A stretch of DNA of 64,000 bases from Trueperaceae bacterium (lineage in GTDB: Bacteria; Deinococcota; Deinococci; Deinococcales; Trueperaceae): contig CBDCDZ010000004.1 in assembly GCA_965215565.1 (NCBI GenBank), positions 1,280,001 to 1,344,000 of the forward strand. The letters run 5' to 3'. Position numbers and translations under genes: made by a program. The notes under the pieces are model-generated. The model did not search any database. It was given only the letters and a program-made list of their open reading frames with translations, and was not told the origin of the DNA. Shown here in pieces: positions 50,731 to 59,445 of the stretch (its first letter is position 1; the number at the start of each line of letters is the position of its first letter).

Positions 50731-51443
50731 GGAAAGAGCGCGCCTTGACGCGCGAGGATGAACACGTCGGTGCTGAGCCCGATGACGAGGTGGAGGATGA
50801 CGGGATAGAGGAGCGACCTACCTCTCAGCGCTAAGACGGCGAAGAGGAGTCCGGCGGGCAGCGCGGCGAAGGTCTCGGCGGGCGGCTTGCCTAAGTGAAC
50901 CAGCGTCGAGGCGAGGGCTTGCGTCCAGATGGCGGCGGAGAGACCCCACACAGGCTCGATGACACGGAGCATGAAGCCTCGGTAGAAGAACTCGAACGAC
51001 ACGTAGTAGAGCCCGTAGAGGAACACCCAGGACAAGAGGTTGAAGGGCGACGCGCCGACCCACGCCCCCGCCCAGGGATAAGTGAGTTGCAGTGATGGGT
51101 CCGTGCTGCCGAGCGCCATTATGACAACCGCGACGAGCGAGGCGACGAGCGTGACGCTCACGCCGAAGCGCCAGTTGCCGAGCCCGAGCCCAACCTTGCG
51201 TAGTGAATCGCCCAAGCCCAGCATGAGCCCGGCGGGTAGCAAGAGCAGAAAGACGAGCGCCGTGCCTATGTTGAAGAGCGCGGTGGGCAAGGTGCGCGGT
51301 GTGTCTCGGAGGAGCTGCGGACCGGGACTGCCGAGATACCAGTAGGCGATCTGCAAAAGCGCCGCCATCAGGAGGTAGAGCGCGAGTTTGCTCCTGAACA
51401 GCGCGGCTAAGTCCGCGAAGAGGAGGCGCAACGAGGTCATCAT
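50727..51443 (-). CDS. CPBP (Abi/CAAX protease-like) intramembrane protein
   Basis: EFFYRGF, H.GKP..E, H motifs. Multi-TM. Confidence 0.85.
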   Translation of the reverse strand: MMTSLRLLFADLAALFRSKLALYLLMAALLQIAYWYLGSPGPQLLRDTPRTLPTALFNIGTALVFLLLLPAGLMLGLGDSLRKVGLGLGNWRFGVSVTLVASLVAVVIMALGSTDPSLQLTYPWAGAWVGASPFNLLSWVFLYGLYYVSFEFFYRGFMLRVIEPVWGLSAAIWTQALASTLVHLGKPPAETFAALPAGLLFAVLALRGRSLLYPVILHLVIGLSTDVFILARQGALFP

Positions 51444-51450
51444 AAAACGT

Positions 51451-52566
51451 CTATAAAGTCTTCTGGTAGATGCGGTAGGTTTTGTAAAGCGCTGCGCCCG
51501 CCGCTGCGATGCCCTTGTTCATCTCCTCGTTGTCCTCTAAAATCCAGGAGCACTCGCCGCGCATATAGCCCTTGGCGCGGCTGCGCCTAATCACCTCGTC
51601 GATGAGCACTAACTCCAACCCCTTGCGCCGGTGCTCCGGCACGACGCCGAGAATCGGCAGGCGCGCCTGCGTGAGGATGCGCTTGCGGCGCAAGTAGTGG
51701 ATGAACCCGAAGGGCAAGAGCCGCCCGTTCATCTTCTTAAAAACTTGGTTGAGGTCGGGCAAGACGAGCGCCAAGCCCGCCATTTCGCCGTTCATCTCTA
51801 AAAAAATCACCACGTCGGGGTCTACGATGAGCTTGAGTTCCGCCGCGAGATGGTCAAATTCGGCGTCGGTGTACTTGACGAAGCCCCAGTTGTTCTCCCA
51901 AACCTCATTGTAAAAGTGCTTGACGACGCCCAGTTCGGAGTCGAAGTTGCCCTTGATGTCGGGCGTACGAATAGTGGGCGCGTAGCGCTTCTTGACTCGC
52001 TCGGCGAGGCGGTGAAGCCTGGTGTAGTCGCTCGTTTCGTGGTCAAAAAACCAGGCGTAGAGGTCTTTGGCTTTAGCGTAGCCTGCCCCTTCGACGTAGC
52101 GCGGGTACTCCGGCGGGTTGCTCGGCATCATCACGTAGGGGTCGGTGTCGAAAGCGTCGATCTGAAAGCCCGCGCCGTCGTTCATCGAAGGGTTCGCGGG
52201 ACCGCGCAAGGTGTCCCTGCCGAGTTTTTTCGCCCACGTCTCCGCGTGGTCCAAGAGGTCCTTGGCCACCCCTTCGTCCGCCGCCTCGAGAAAGCCAAAA
52301 AACGCTAGGTTGTCTCCGTGCGTTCGGTTGTGCAGTTCATCGTCGATCGCCGCGATGCGCCCGACAACCTTACCGCCGCGCTCCGCCAAGAAGAGGTCCA
52401 TGCGGGCGTGTTCGTAAAAAGGATTTTTCTTAGGGTTAAAACGTTCCCACTCGCCCATGCGGAGCGGCGGAACCCAGTACGGATCGTCCTTATATTTTTG
52501 ATACGGATAGTCGATGAAGCGTCGCAGCTCGCGCCTCGAGCCGACGGGCGTGATAACGGAGGTCAT
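51451..52566 (-). CDS. GNAT-fold protein, bacterial ceramide synthase (bCerS)-like
   Basis: FIDYP...Y..DPYWVPPL, NPF, GRIAA, FFGF.E, GP.N, NP..Y, W..NWGF, GRLLPFG, SWILEDN..M. Next to SPT. Confidence 0.8.
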   Translation of the reverse strand: MTSVITPVGSRRELRRFIDYPYQKYKDDPYWVPPLRMGEWERFNPKKNPFYEHARMDLFLAERGGKVVGRIAAIDDELHNRTHGDNLAFFGFLEAADEGVAKDLLDHAETWAKKLGRDTLRGPANPSMNDGAGFQIDAFDTDPYVMMPSNPPEYPRYVEGAGYAKAKDLYAWFFDHETSDYTRLHRLAERVKKRYAPTIRTPDIKGNFDSELGVVKHFYNEVWENNWGFVKYTDAEFDHLAAELKLIVDPDVVIFLEMNGEMAGLALVLPDLNQVFKKMNGRLLPFGFIHYLRRKRILTQARLPILGVVPEHRRKGLELVLIDEVIRRSRAKGYMRGECSWILEDNEEMNKGIAAAGAALYKTYRIYQKTL

Positions 52567-52632
52567 ATGGACGCAAGCATACCGCATGGGGTTGGGGGTG
52601 TCGCGCGCCGCTCGAGCACGGGACATGAGCGC

Positions 52633-52663
52633 AAAAAAAGGGATGAGGTCAGAGCCTCATCCC
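52633..52663 (-). terminator. Intrinsic terminator after the SPT-like gene
   Basis: Minus strand GGGATGAGG-ctctga-CCTCATCCC followed by TTTTTTT. Confidence 0.8.
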
Positions 52664-52744
52664 GCACGCTTACACTGTCTTTTCTGAGCCACAAGGCTCG
52701 AGTCGCCCCAATCAGCAGCGTTCTACTGCCAATTTCAACGAAAC

Positions 52745-54082
52745 TCAGACAATAACGCCCAAACGCCTACCGACGTCCGAGAACGCCTCTAACAACCTGT
52801 CGAGTTGCTCGTCGGTGTGGTTCGCGTTGACGCTGGTGCGAATGATGCTCTGCCCAGCAGGAACGCCGGGCGGGAGCGCGGGCGTCGTGTAGACGCCCTC
52901 TTCCCACAACCCTTTCCAGAACATCATCGTCAGGTCGTCCTCACCGATGAGCACGGGCACGATGGGCGTTTCTGAGCCCATTGTGTCGAAGCCGAGCGTG
53001 TCCATGCCGCGCTTTAAGCGCGCCACGTTGCGCCAGAGCTTAGCGCGGTGCTGCGGCTCGTCACGCATGATGTGGAGCGCTTGCAGCGCCGCCGCCATCT
53101 GCATCGCGGGCAGCGCCGCCGTGAAGATAAAGGGGCGCGCCTTGTGCTTGACCCAGTTGACCACCTCGCGGGGTCCCGCCATGAAGCCACCCACCGAGGC
53201 GAACGACTTGGAGAACGTACCGATGACGAGGTCAACCTCGTCCTCTAAGCCGAAGTGCTCCGCTGTGCCGCGTCCGTTCGCGCCCAGCACACCCGTCGCG
53301 TGAGCGTCGTCCACGACGATGCGCGCGCCGTAGCGCTTTGCCAGCTTGACCAGCCCCGGCAAGTTGGCGATGTGACCGCTCATCGAGAAGACTCCGTCGG
53401 TGACGATCATGCGTCCACCCGGTTTGTCGGCGTCTTTTTGCAGGAGCCGCTCTAAGTCCTCTAGGCTGTTGTGCTCGTACTTGCGGAGCGTGCCGAACGA
53501 GAGCCGCGCGCCGTCATACAAACAGGCGTGGTTCTCGCGGTCGAAGTAGAGGATGTCCTGGCGTCCGGTCACCGCGCTCAGCACTGCGAGCGAGCCCAGG
53601 TAGCCCGCGCTGAAGGTAAGCGCTGAGCCCGCGCCGAAGAAGTCCGCGAGCTGACGCTCCAACTCCTCGTGGAGCGTCAGGGTACCGGTGAGAAAGCGCG
53701 AGCCTGTACAGCTCGTGCCGAAGTCGCCGAGCGCCTCTTTCGCCGCCTCTTTGAGCCGCGCGTCCTGGGTGAGCCCTAAGTAGTCGTTCGAGCCCGTGAT
53801 GACCATCTCGCGCCCGTCCACGATAACGGTGCCACCCTGCTGCGACGCGATCGCTTTGAAGTAGGGGTGCATCCCCGCCTCCGCCGCTTCGTCCGCACGG
53901 GTAAAGTTATACGCCTTGCTGAAAATGTCGGCGGCGCGCTCGGCGGGCCTATCCAAAACGCTGCTGCGCGCCGTACTCCCTTGTACGTTCGCCCTTGCAG
54001 GTTTTTTTACGGTCGATTTTACAGATGGCTTCACGCTCGTTTTCGCATCTGTATTCAGTATGTTATCCACAGCGTCTGACAA
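52745..54082 (-). CDS. Alpha-oxoamine synthase, serine palmitoyltransferase-like
   Basis: GSNDYLGL, GTSCTGSRFL.GT, NHA, DGVFSM, DDAH, GTFSKS (PLP Lys). Likely TTG start at 54082 after GGAGG. Confidence 0.8.
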   Translation of the reverse strand: MSDAVDNILNTDAKTSVKPSVKSTVKKPARANVQGSTARSSVLDRPAERAADIFSKAYNFTRADEAAEAGMHPYFKAIASQQGGTVIVDGREMVITGSNDYLGLTQDARLKEAAKEALGDFGTSCTGSRFLTGTLTLHEELERQLADFFGAGSALTFSAGYLGSLAVLSAVTGRQDILYFDRENHACLYDGARLSFGTLRKYEHNSLEDLERLLQKDADKPGGRMIVTDGVFSMSGHIANLPGLVKLAKRYGARIVVDDAHATGVLGANGRGTAEHFGLEDEVDLVIGTFSKSFASVGGFMAGPREVVNWVKHKARPFIFTAALPAMQMAAALQALHIMRDEPQHRAKLWRNVARLKRGMDTLGFDTMGSETPIVPVLIGEDDLTMMFWKGLWEEGVYTTPALPPGVPAGQSIIRTSVNANHTDEQLDRLLEAFSDVGRRLGVIV

Positions 54083-54324
54083 AAGACCCTCCAACTCACG
54101 TCCTAAGCAACGATGCGCCACTCTAACATGGGTTTGCCCGGCGCGCTCTACTTCGGTGAATCTGAGCGCGTAGGCGTGTGCATAATGAGTCGCGAATGAG
54201 TGTATAAAGATAAATCGGAACCTGAGTCTGTGCGCCAACCGCAGTTTGAGCCGTCGCTCAAGTTCCGCACCATAGTTGCCCATCCTACCTCGTATCACTC
54301 TGGCGTAAAGGGCTTGGGCAACAT

Positions 54325-55475
54325 GAGGTTGCACGAAAAGTCGGTTGAGTAGAAGAGAGGGGTAAGAATGGTTTACGACGAACAACCCTTACCCCAAAGC
54401 GAGTTTACTGGATAGACGTTGCCCTAAGTGCGAGATAAGGAAGCCTGAGAGTGGCAACGGCAGGGCGGCCTGCCCGTAACGCGGCTACCGCATCAGGAAA
54501 CACCGAGATGTAAACGGTATACGTGAAGAGAAAGTGTTGCGTGTGCGCTGTCAGCGGTGCAAAGGCAGCTTGGGGTGTGTTTACCCAGAGGGTGTCATGC
54601 GCTATAAGTGGTACAGCCGAAAGGTGGAGGGTATCTTTGCCATCTTAGATGTGCATCAGGTTGATGAAAGCTGCGCTGCTGAGGTAGCCGAGCACTTAGG
54701 TTATCCAATTCAGAGCGAAACTCGCGCCTCATGGCAAGGGACACGCGCTCTAAGAGCCGAGCGGCTAGAAGAGAAACAGGCAAAGCCCACTAAGCTCAAA
54801 GCCGCGAGCATAGACGAATTCAAACTAGGCGAGTGGTGGATGTACACGCTTACTGATGTTAAATCTCAAGCCGTTATGGACTACCGCCTATGCGAGAACC
54901 GTGATGAAGAGGTGGTTCGTGAGCTTATCGCTGCACACAACCCTAAGCTGATCATCAGTGATGGGTGTAAGAGCATCCAAGCGGCGTGTGAATACTTCGC
55001 TGACAAGCCGCATGGACGCTGTTGGTTTCACATCATCGAAGAGGTCTTGAAGCAGTTCCCCAAGAGAGAGCGTGAACTCGTGGCGCTTGATCTGCGTTTC
55101 TTGTATACCTGCACGAACCTCAAAGATGCAAGGTGGTTTCTAGGCGTCCTCACCGCTCGCTACGGCGCAACCCAGCTCGAGCCGCTACTGAATGCCTGGA
55201 CGCAGCTTGAATTCTACTGGCAGTACAAGGCGATGCCCTTGACCAACAACGCTTCGGAAACCCTTTATAGCGCTCTATGGTCAAGAAACAAAAAGCGCGT
55301 TGTCAAAGCCTTCCACCGCGCTTTGGACTGGTTCAAAGAAGCCCGCTATAGATGGCATCATCACCTCATTCGCAACAAGTCTCCCTGGCAACGCTTCACC
55401 GGACAACCCAGCAAGCCCTGGCTCAAAGCGCTCCTCACTCCTCTGAACTACTCAACCGACTTTTAGGGGTGTCTC
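54325..55475 (+). mobile_element. Insertion sequence with a Mutator-like (IS256/ISH6-type) DDE transposase
   Basis: 17-bp perfect IR AAAAGTCGGTTGAGTAG (54336-54352 / 55448-55464). Both putative ends begin GAG. No TSD seen. Confidence 0.8.
54366..55466 (+). pseudogene. DDE transposase with in-frame stop in the N-terminal zinc-finger region
   Basis: CPKC (54420) and CQRC are in frame but separated by TAA at 54477. SIDE, IISDG, CWFH, TNNASE motifs. Confidence 0.7.
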
Positions 55476-55651
55476 GAATCTCCGGCGTTTTATGGGGCGG
55501 TTCTGACAACACATTTGTATTCAGCCCTATGTCTGGTATTGAGAGAGATTTTGGTAAACCTTTCACGGTAAAATAGTACGGAGTTGTTGAACAGCTCCCT
55601 TCGGTCCGATGGTCAATTTATTGGGTCTTCGTAAACAAGTAAGGAGTCACC

Positions 55652-56083
55652 ATGCTAAAGTTTCTCTTACCACTTATTCTTCTGCTCGCACTTAGTGCTT
55701 GCGATGGCGGCCGTACAGTACGTGAAGTAGGCCTCATTAGCTCTTATGGAGCTACAGAAGAGGTCATCCTCGCGCCTGATACAGTTCAGGCAGGTGAAAC
55801 GTTTACAGTCACCGTTCAAACCTACGGGAATGGTTGCGTAGAAGCCGACGATGTGGAAGTTGCGATTACAGACAACTTAGCCATACTTACGCCCTATGGC
55901 CTTATTTCAATTCCTGGCAGAAATGAGGCCTGCCCAGAAGTTGAAAGACGACCCGAACACACTTCTCAAATCGTCTTCGAAGAGCCGGGTTCGGCAACGT
56001 TGAGGGTAAGGGGGATGCTAAAAGACAACGCTAACCCCGAGGGCGTGATGACGACTATCGAAAGGACTATTCAAGTGCAGTAA
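55652..56083 (+). CDS. Hypothetical lipoprotein (paralog 1)
   Basis: Lipobox LSAC. Shares TYG.GC and PGRNEACP with the next gene. RBS AAGGAG. Confidence 0.8.
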   Translation: MLKFLLPLILLLALSACDGGRTVREVGLISSYGATEEVILAPDTVQAGETFTVTVQTYGNGCVEADDVEVAITDNLAILTPYGLISIPGRNEACPEVERRPEHTSQIVFEEPGSATLRVRGMLKDNANPEGVMTTIERTIQVQ

Positions 56084-56131
56084 GCTGAGTAGTTTTGCGC
56101 AGCGCTAAGCTTTCGAAAGGGTGTGAAATCC

Positions 56132-56575
56132 ATGAAACGCTGGCTCCTTCTTTTCTTAATCCTGTTGCTCGCCGCTTGCGACGGCAGCCGCGTGGAACGC
56201 GAAATAGGTATTATCGAATCTGACACCTCTTTAGGAGAGGAAGTCATCTCGGCTCCTATGACGGTTCAAGCTAGCGTACCTTTCGAAGTTATAGTGCGAA
56301 CCTATGGTGGTGGTTGCATAGAACCTGACGGGTTAGAAGTCGAGATAGAGGGAAATGTAGCCGTTCTTGTTCCCTATGACCTCTACATCACACCCGGCAG
56401 GAACGAAGCTTGCCCCCTCATTTTTGAAGCCGAGCCCCACGCTGCACAGTTGACATTCAATGAGTCAGGCTCAGCAACGATCAGAGTCAGTGGGCGCAGT
56501 GAGAGCAACACAGATGTGACAGGAGGCGCGACGTATGGTCAAGCGGTTTTCGAGAAAACAATTACCGTAAAGTAA
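56132..56575 (+). CDS. Hypothetical lipoprotein (paralog 2)
   Basis: Lipobox LAAC, TYGGGC, PGRNEACP. Confidence 0.8.
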   Translation: MKRWLLLFLILLLAACDGSRVEREIGIIESDTSLGEEVISAPMTVQASVPFEVIVRTYGGGCIEPDGLEVEIEGNVAVLVPYDLYITPGRNEACPLIFEAEPHAAQLTFNESGSATIRVSGRSESNTDVTGGATYGQAVFEKTITVK

Positions 56576-56655
56576 AACAGACTAAGCACGAGGAAGAGGT
56601 AGTGGACACGGCCCCCCTACCTCTTCCCCTTTTCACGGGCTGTTACAATACCCCC

Positions 56656-57729
56656 ATGAGCGTCCGCCCCGAAGTCCTAGCCGCCCCTGCGTATCACTTT
56701 TCCGCCAAACCCTACACGGTCAAGCTCGATCAAAACGAGTCGCCTTACGACTTGCCCAGTGAGCTTAAACGAGAGGTGTTGACGCGGTTAGAGCGCGTGC
56801 CCGCCAACCGCTACCCCGAACTCGCGGGCGAGTCGCTCCGCGCCGCCTTAGCGCAGCGGCACGGCTGGGATGAAGCGGGCGTCGTCGTGGGGGGCGGCTC
56901 GAACACGCTGGTTCAGGCGTTCGTCATCGCGTGCGGGCTAGGGCGGCGCGTCTTGAGCGTCACGCCGACCTTTTCTGTCTACAGCTTGTGCGCGAACCTC
57001 TTGAACGCCGAGCTTACTGAGGTGCCTTTAGGGGAGGATTTTGCGCTGCCCACCGAGGCACTTAAAGCGGAACTGCAAAGAGGTCAGGGCGTCCTCTTTC
57101 TCGCGGTCCCCGCCGCGCCGACAGGCAACGTGTTCGTTAGAGCGGACCTCGAAGACCTCATCCGGGCGGCTGCGCCGAACTGGACGGTGGTTTTGGACGA
57201 GGCGTACTGTCAGTTCTCTCAAACGGACCTCTCTCACTTCGTGCGCACCTATCCGCACGTCGCCTGTTTGCGCACCTTGAGTAAAGCGTTTGGGATGGGC
57301 GGCGTACGCTTAGGCTTCGCGCTCGCGCAGCCCGCGTTGGCGGAGCAACTGCAGAAGGTGATCATGCCCTTTTCCGTTTCGTCACTGCAACTGGCAGTGG
57401 GTCTCACCGCGCTGGCGCACCCTGACTTCGTGGCGGCTCGAGTGACGGAAACACTGCGGGAGCGGGAGAAACTCGCTTCAGGTTTACGAGCACTCAACCT
57501 CCAAGTCTTCCCTTCCGAGGCGAATTTCCTGCTCTTCCGCGTGACGGACGCGCCCTCCTTTTACGAGGCGCTTTTAGCGCGGGGCGTGCTGATTCGGCGG
57601 CAGGACCACCTGCGTGGTCTCCACGGCTGTCTACGCGTGTCGGTAGGGACTCCGCAGGAGAACGCGGTGTTTTTAGAGGCGGCGAGGGATGTTCTTTCGA
57701 AACAGGTGCAAGAGGTTTCAGGTGGCTAG
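56656..57729 (+). CDS. hisC: Histidinol-phosphate aminotransferase
   Basis: KLDQNESP, NRYP, PTG, DEAY, RTLSKAFG..G.RLG. Adjacent to hisB/hisH. Confidence 0.93.
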   Translation: MSVRPEVLAAPAYHFSAKPYTVKLDQNESPYDLPSELKREVLTRLERVPANRYPELAGESLRAALAQRHGWDEAGVVVGGGSNTLVQAFVIACGLGRRVLSVTPTFSVYSLCANLLNAELTEVPLGEDFALPTEALKAELQRGQGVLFLAVPAAPTGNVFVRADLEDLIRAAAPNWTVVLDEAYCQFSQTDLSHFVRTYPHVACLRTLSKAFGMGGVRLGFALAQPALAEQLQKVIMPFSVSSLQLAVGLTALAHPDFVAARVTETLREREKLASGLRALNLQVFPSEANFLLFRVTDAPSFYEALLARGVLIRRQDHLRGLHGCLRVSVGTPQENAVFLEAARDVLSKQVQEVSGG

Positions 57730-58306
57730 AGAAGCGAGCATTAGAAGGGAAACGAAGGAAACGCGGCTCGAGGTCTCCCTCAACCTAGATGAGGGGGCGA
57801 GCGGGGGCGCGAACACGGGTCACGGCTTTTTGAACCACATGTTAGACCAACTCATCCGCCACGGCGACTTCGCACTTACGGTGCGTGGAGAGGGCGATTT
57901 GGAGGTGGACGTGCACCACTTGGCGGAGGACACGGGCATCACTTTGGGGCAGGCTTTTCGCGCTGCACTCGGCGAGCGGCGCGGCATCGAGCGTTACGCG
58001 GACGCCTTTGTGCCGATGGATGAGACGTTGGCGCACGTCGTCTTGGACTTTTCGGGGCGTCCCTACCTCGACTTCGAGCCCGCGGGCTTCGAGGGCGACG
58101 CGAACGGCTTCAACGTTCACCACCTACGCGAGCTGCTGCGCGGCTTCTGCGCCCACGCGGGCGTGACGATGCACGTGCGGGTACTCTCGGGTGTAGAGGT
58201 GCACCACGTGAGTGAGGCAATTTTCAAGGCGTTTGCCAGGGCGCTCCGCGAGGCGGTGCGCGTGACCTCGGAGACACTGCCCTCGACGAAAGGGGTACTC
58301 GAGTGA
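57722..58306 (+). CDS. hisB: Imidazoleglycerol-phosphate dehydratase
   Basis: R.TKET, HML, D.HH..ED.GI, PMDE, HH..EA.FKA, PSTKG. Confidence 0.96.
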   Translation: MAREASIRRETKETRLEVSLNLDEGASGGANTGHGFLNHMLDQLIRHGDFALTVRGEGDLEVDVHHLAEDTGITLGQAFRAALGERRGIERYADAFVPMDETLAHVVLDFSGRPYLDFEPAGFEGDANGFNVHHLRELLRGFCAHAGVTMHVRVLSGVEVHHVSEAIFKAFARALREAVRVTSETLPSTKGVLE

Positions 58307-58995
58307 CCTCTGCGTCCACACCCGAGACCGCCCTTCCGAAAACCGTCCTCATCGACTACGGCGCGGGCAACCTCCACAGCGTCCACAAGGCGCTCCTGCG
58401 TGCGGGGCTGAGCGTCACGCTCACCGGTGATCCTGACGAGGCGGCGAACGCGGACGCGCTCGTGCTGCCCGGTCAAGGGCACTTTCGTCAGGTGATGGAG
58501 GCGTTCTTGGCGTCCGGCTTCGAGCCTGTTGTGCGGCGTCACCTCGCCCAAGAAAAGCCCTTTCTAGGCATCTGCGTCGGCTTGCAGCTCCTGATGGAGC
58601 GCTCCGAAGAAGCGCCGGGCGTGGCAGGGCTGGGCGCGCTGAAAGGTGAGGTCAAGCGTTTTGACGACTCGAGCGTCAGCGTGCCCCAGATGGGCTGGAA
58701 CCAAATCTACCCGTACGGCGCTCCGCCCCTCTTAGAAGGCGTCCCTGCGGGCGCGTTCGTGTACTTCGCGAACTCGTACTACGTAGAATTTTCTGGGGAG
58801 ATAGACGCCATACCCGGCGCGACGACGCAGCACGGCGCGGTGACGTTTAAGAGCGCCGTGTCGCGGGGGCACGTGCACGCCGCACAGTTTCACCCCGAGA
58901 AGAGCCAGCACGTGGGGCTGCGCGTGCTGGAAAACTTCCGCAGGCTCGTCCACGCACATGTAGGTATGTCAGCAAATAACACCGTTTCCAGTTGA
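58303..58995 (+). CDS. hisH: Imidazole glycerol phosphate synthase glutaminase subunit
   Basis: DYGAGNL.SV, LPGQG, GICVG.Q, QMGWN, QFHPEKS. Confidence 0.96.
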   Translation: MTSASTPETALPKTVLIDYGAGNLHSVHKALLRAGLSVTLTGDPDEAANADALVLPGQGHFRQVMEAFLASGFEPVVRRHLAQEKPFLGICVGLQLLMERSEEAPGVAGLGALKGEVKRFDDSSVSVPQMGWNQIYPYGAPPLLEGVPAGAFVYFANSYYVEFSGEIDAIPGATTQHGAVTFKSAVSRGHVHAAQFHPEKSQHVGLRVLENFRRLVHAHVGMSANNTVSS

Positions 58996-59149
58996 TTCCC
59001 GTAGAAATTAACCCGAGCGTAACGAGTAAAAAGAGCTACGGATTCCGGTGAGCTTCACGGCGCACTTCCGCCTTTCGCATTTGCGAAAACGTTGTAACCG
59101 CAGAAGCGCGTAGTGTTTGCTGGTTGTGAAGTTTCATAACGCCCCTTAT

Positions 59150-59372
59150 TAGCAGGTATCATCTGGTCAGCTACACTCTCAGCGATGAGAACATCGTTCA
59201 GCACGCAACATACTGAGACGGATGAGCGCTTACGGAAGTTTTGGCAACGCCAAAGGTCTCAGCGAAGCTAGCGGGATTTCATCACCGAATGTGCGTGCTA
59301 GTTAGGCACTTTTCGTAAAGCGAAACGTCGTTTTATCTAGTGGGCGTGTCTCAAACCAGATGATACCTGCTA
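59150..59372. repeat. MITE-like repeat copy with perfect 18-bp terminal inverted repeats
   Basis: TAGCAGGTATCATCTGGT (59150-59167) / ACCAGATGATACCTGCTA (59355-59372). Confidence 0.9.
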
Positions 59373-59445
59373 CCAATAGCGCCAGAAACCTTACACCTGA
59401 GACGCCCGTACACCTTCCCATCCGAGAGCTTGGTATAGTAGCCGC

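Noticed and set aside
54083..54385. ~100-aa N-terminal extension of the SPT ORF
   Set aside because: It runs into the IS end and lacks protein-like features. A TTG with a GGAGG RBS at 54082 is the more plausible start.
192..59372. CRISPR array or tRNA/rRNA interpretation of the repeats
   Set aside because: There is no regular repeat-spacer periodicity, no cas genes, and no cloverleaf or rRNA motifs.
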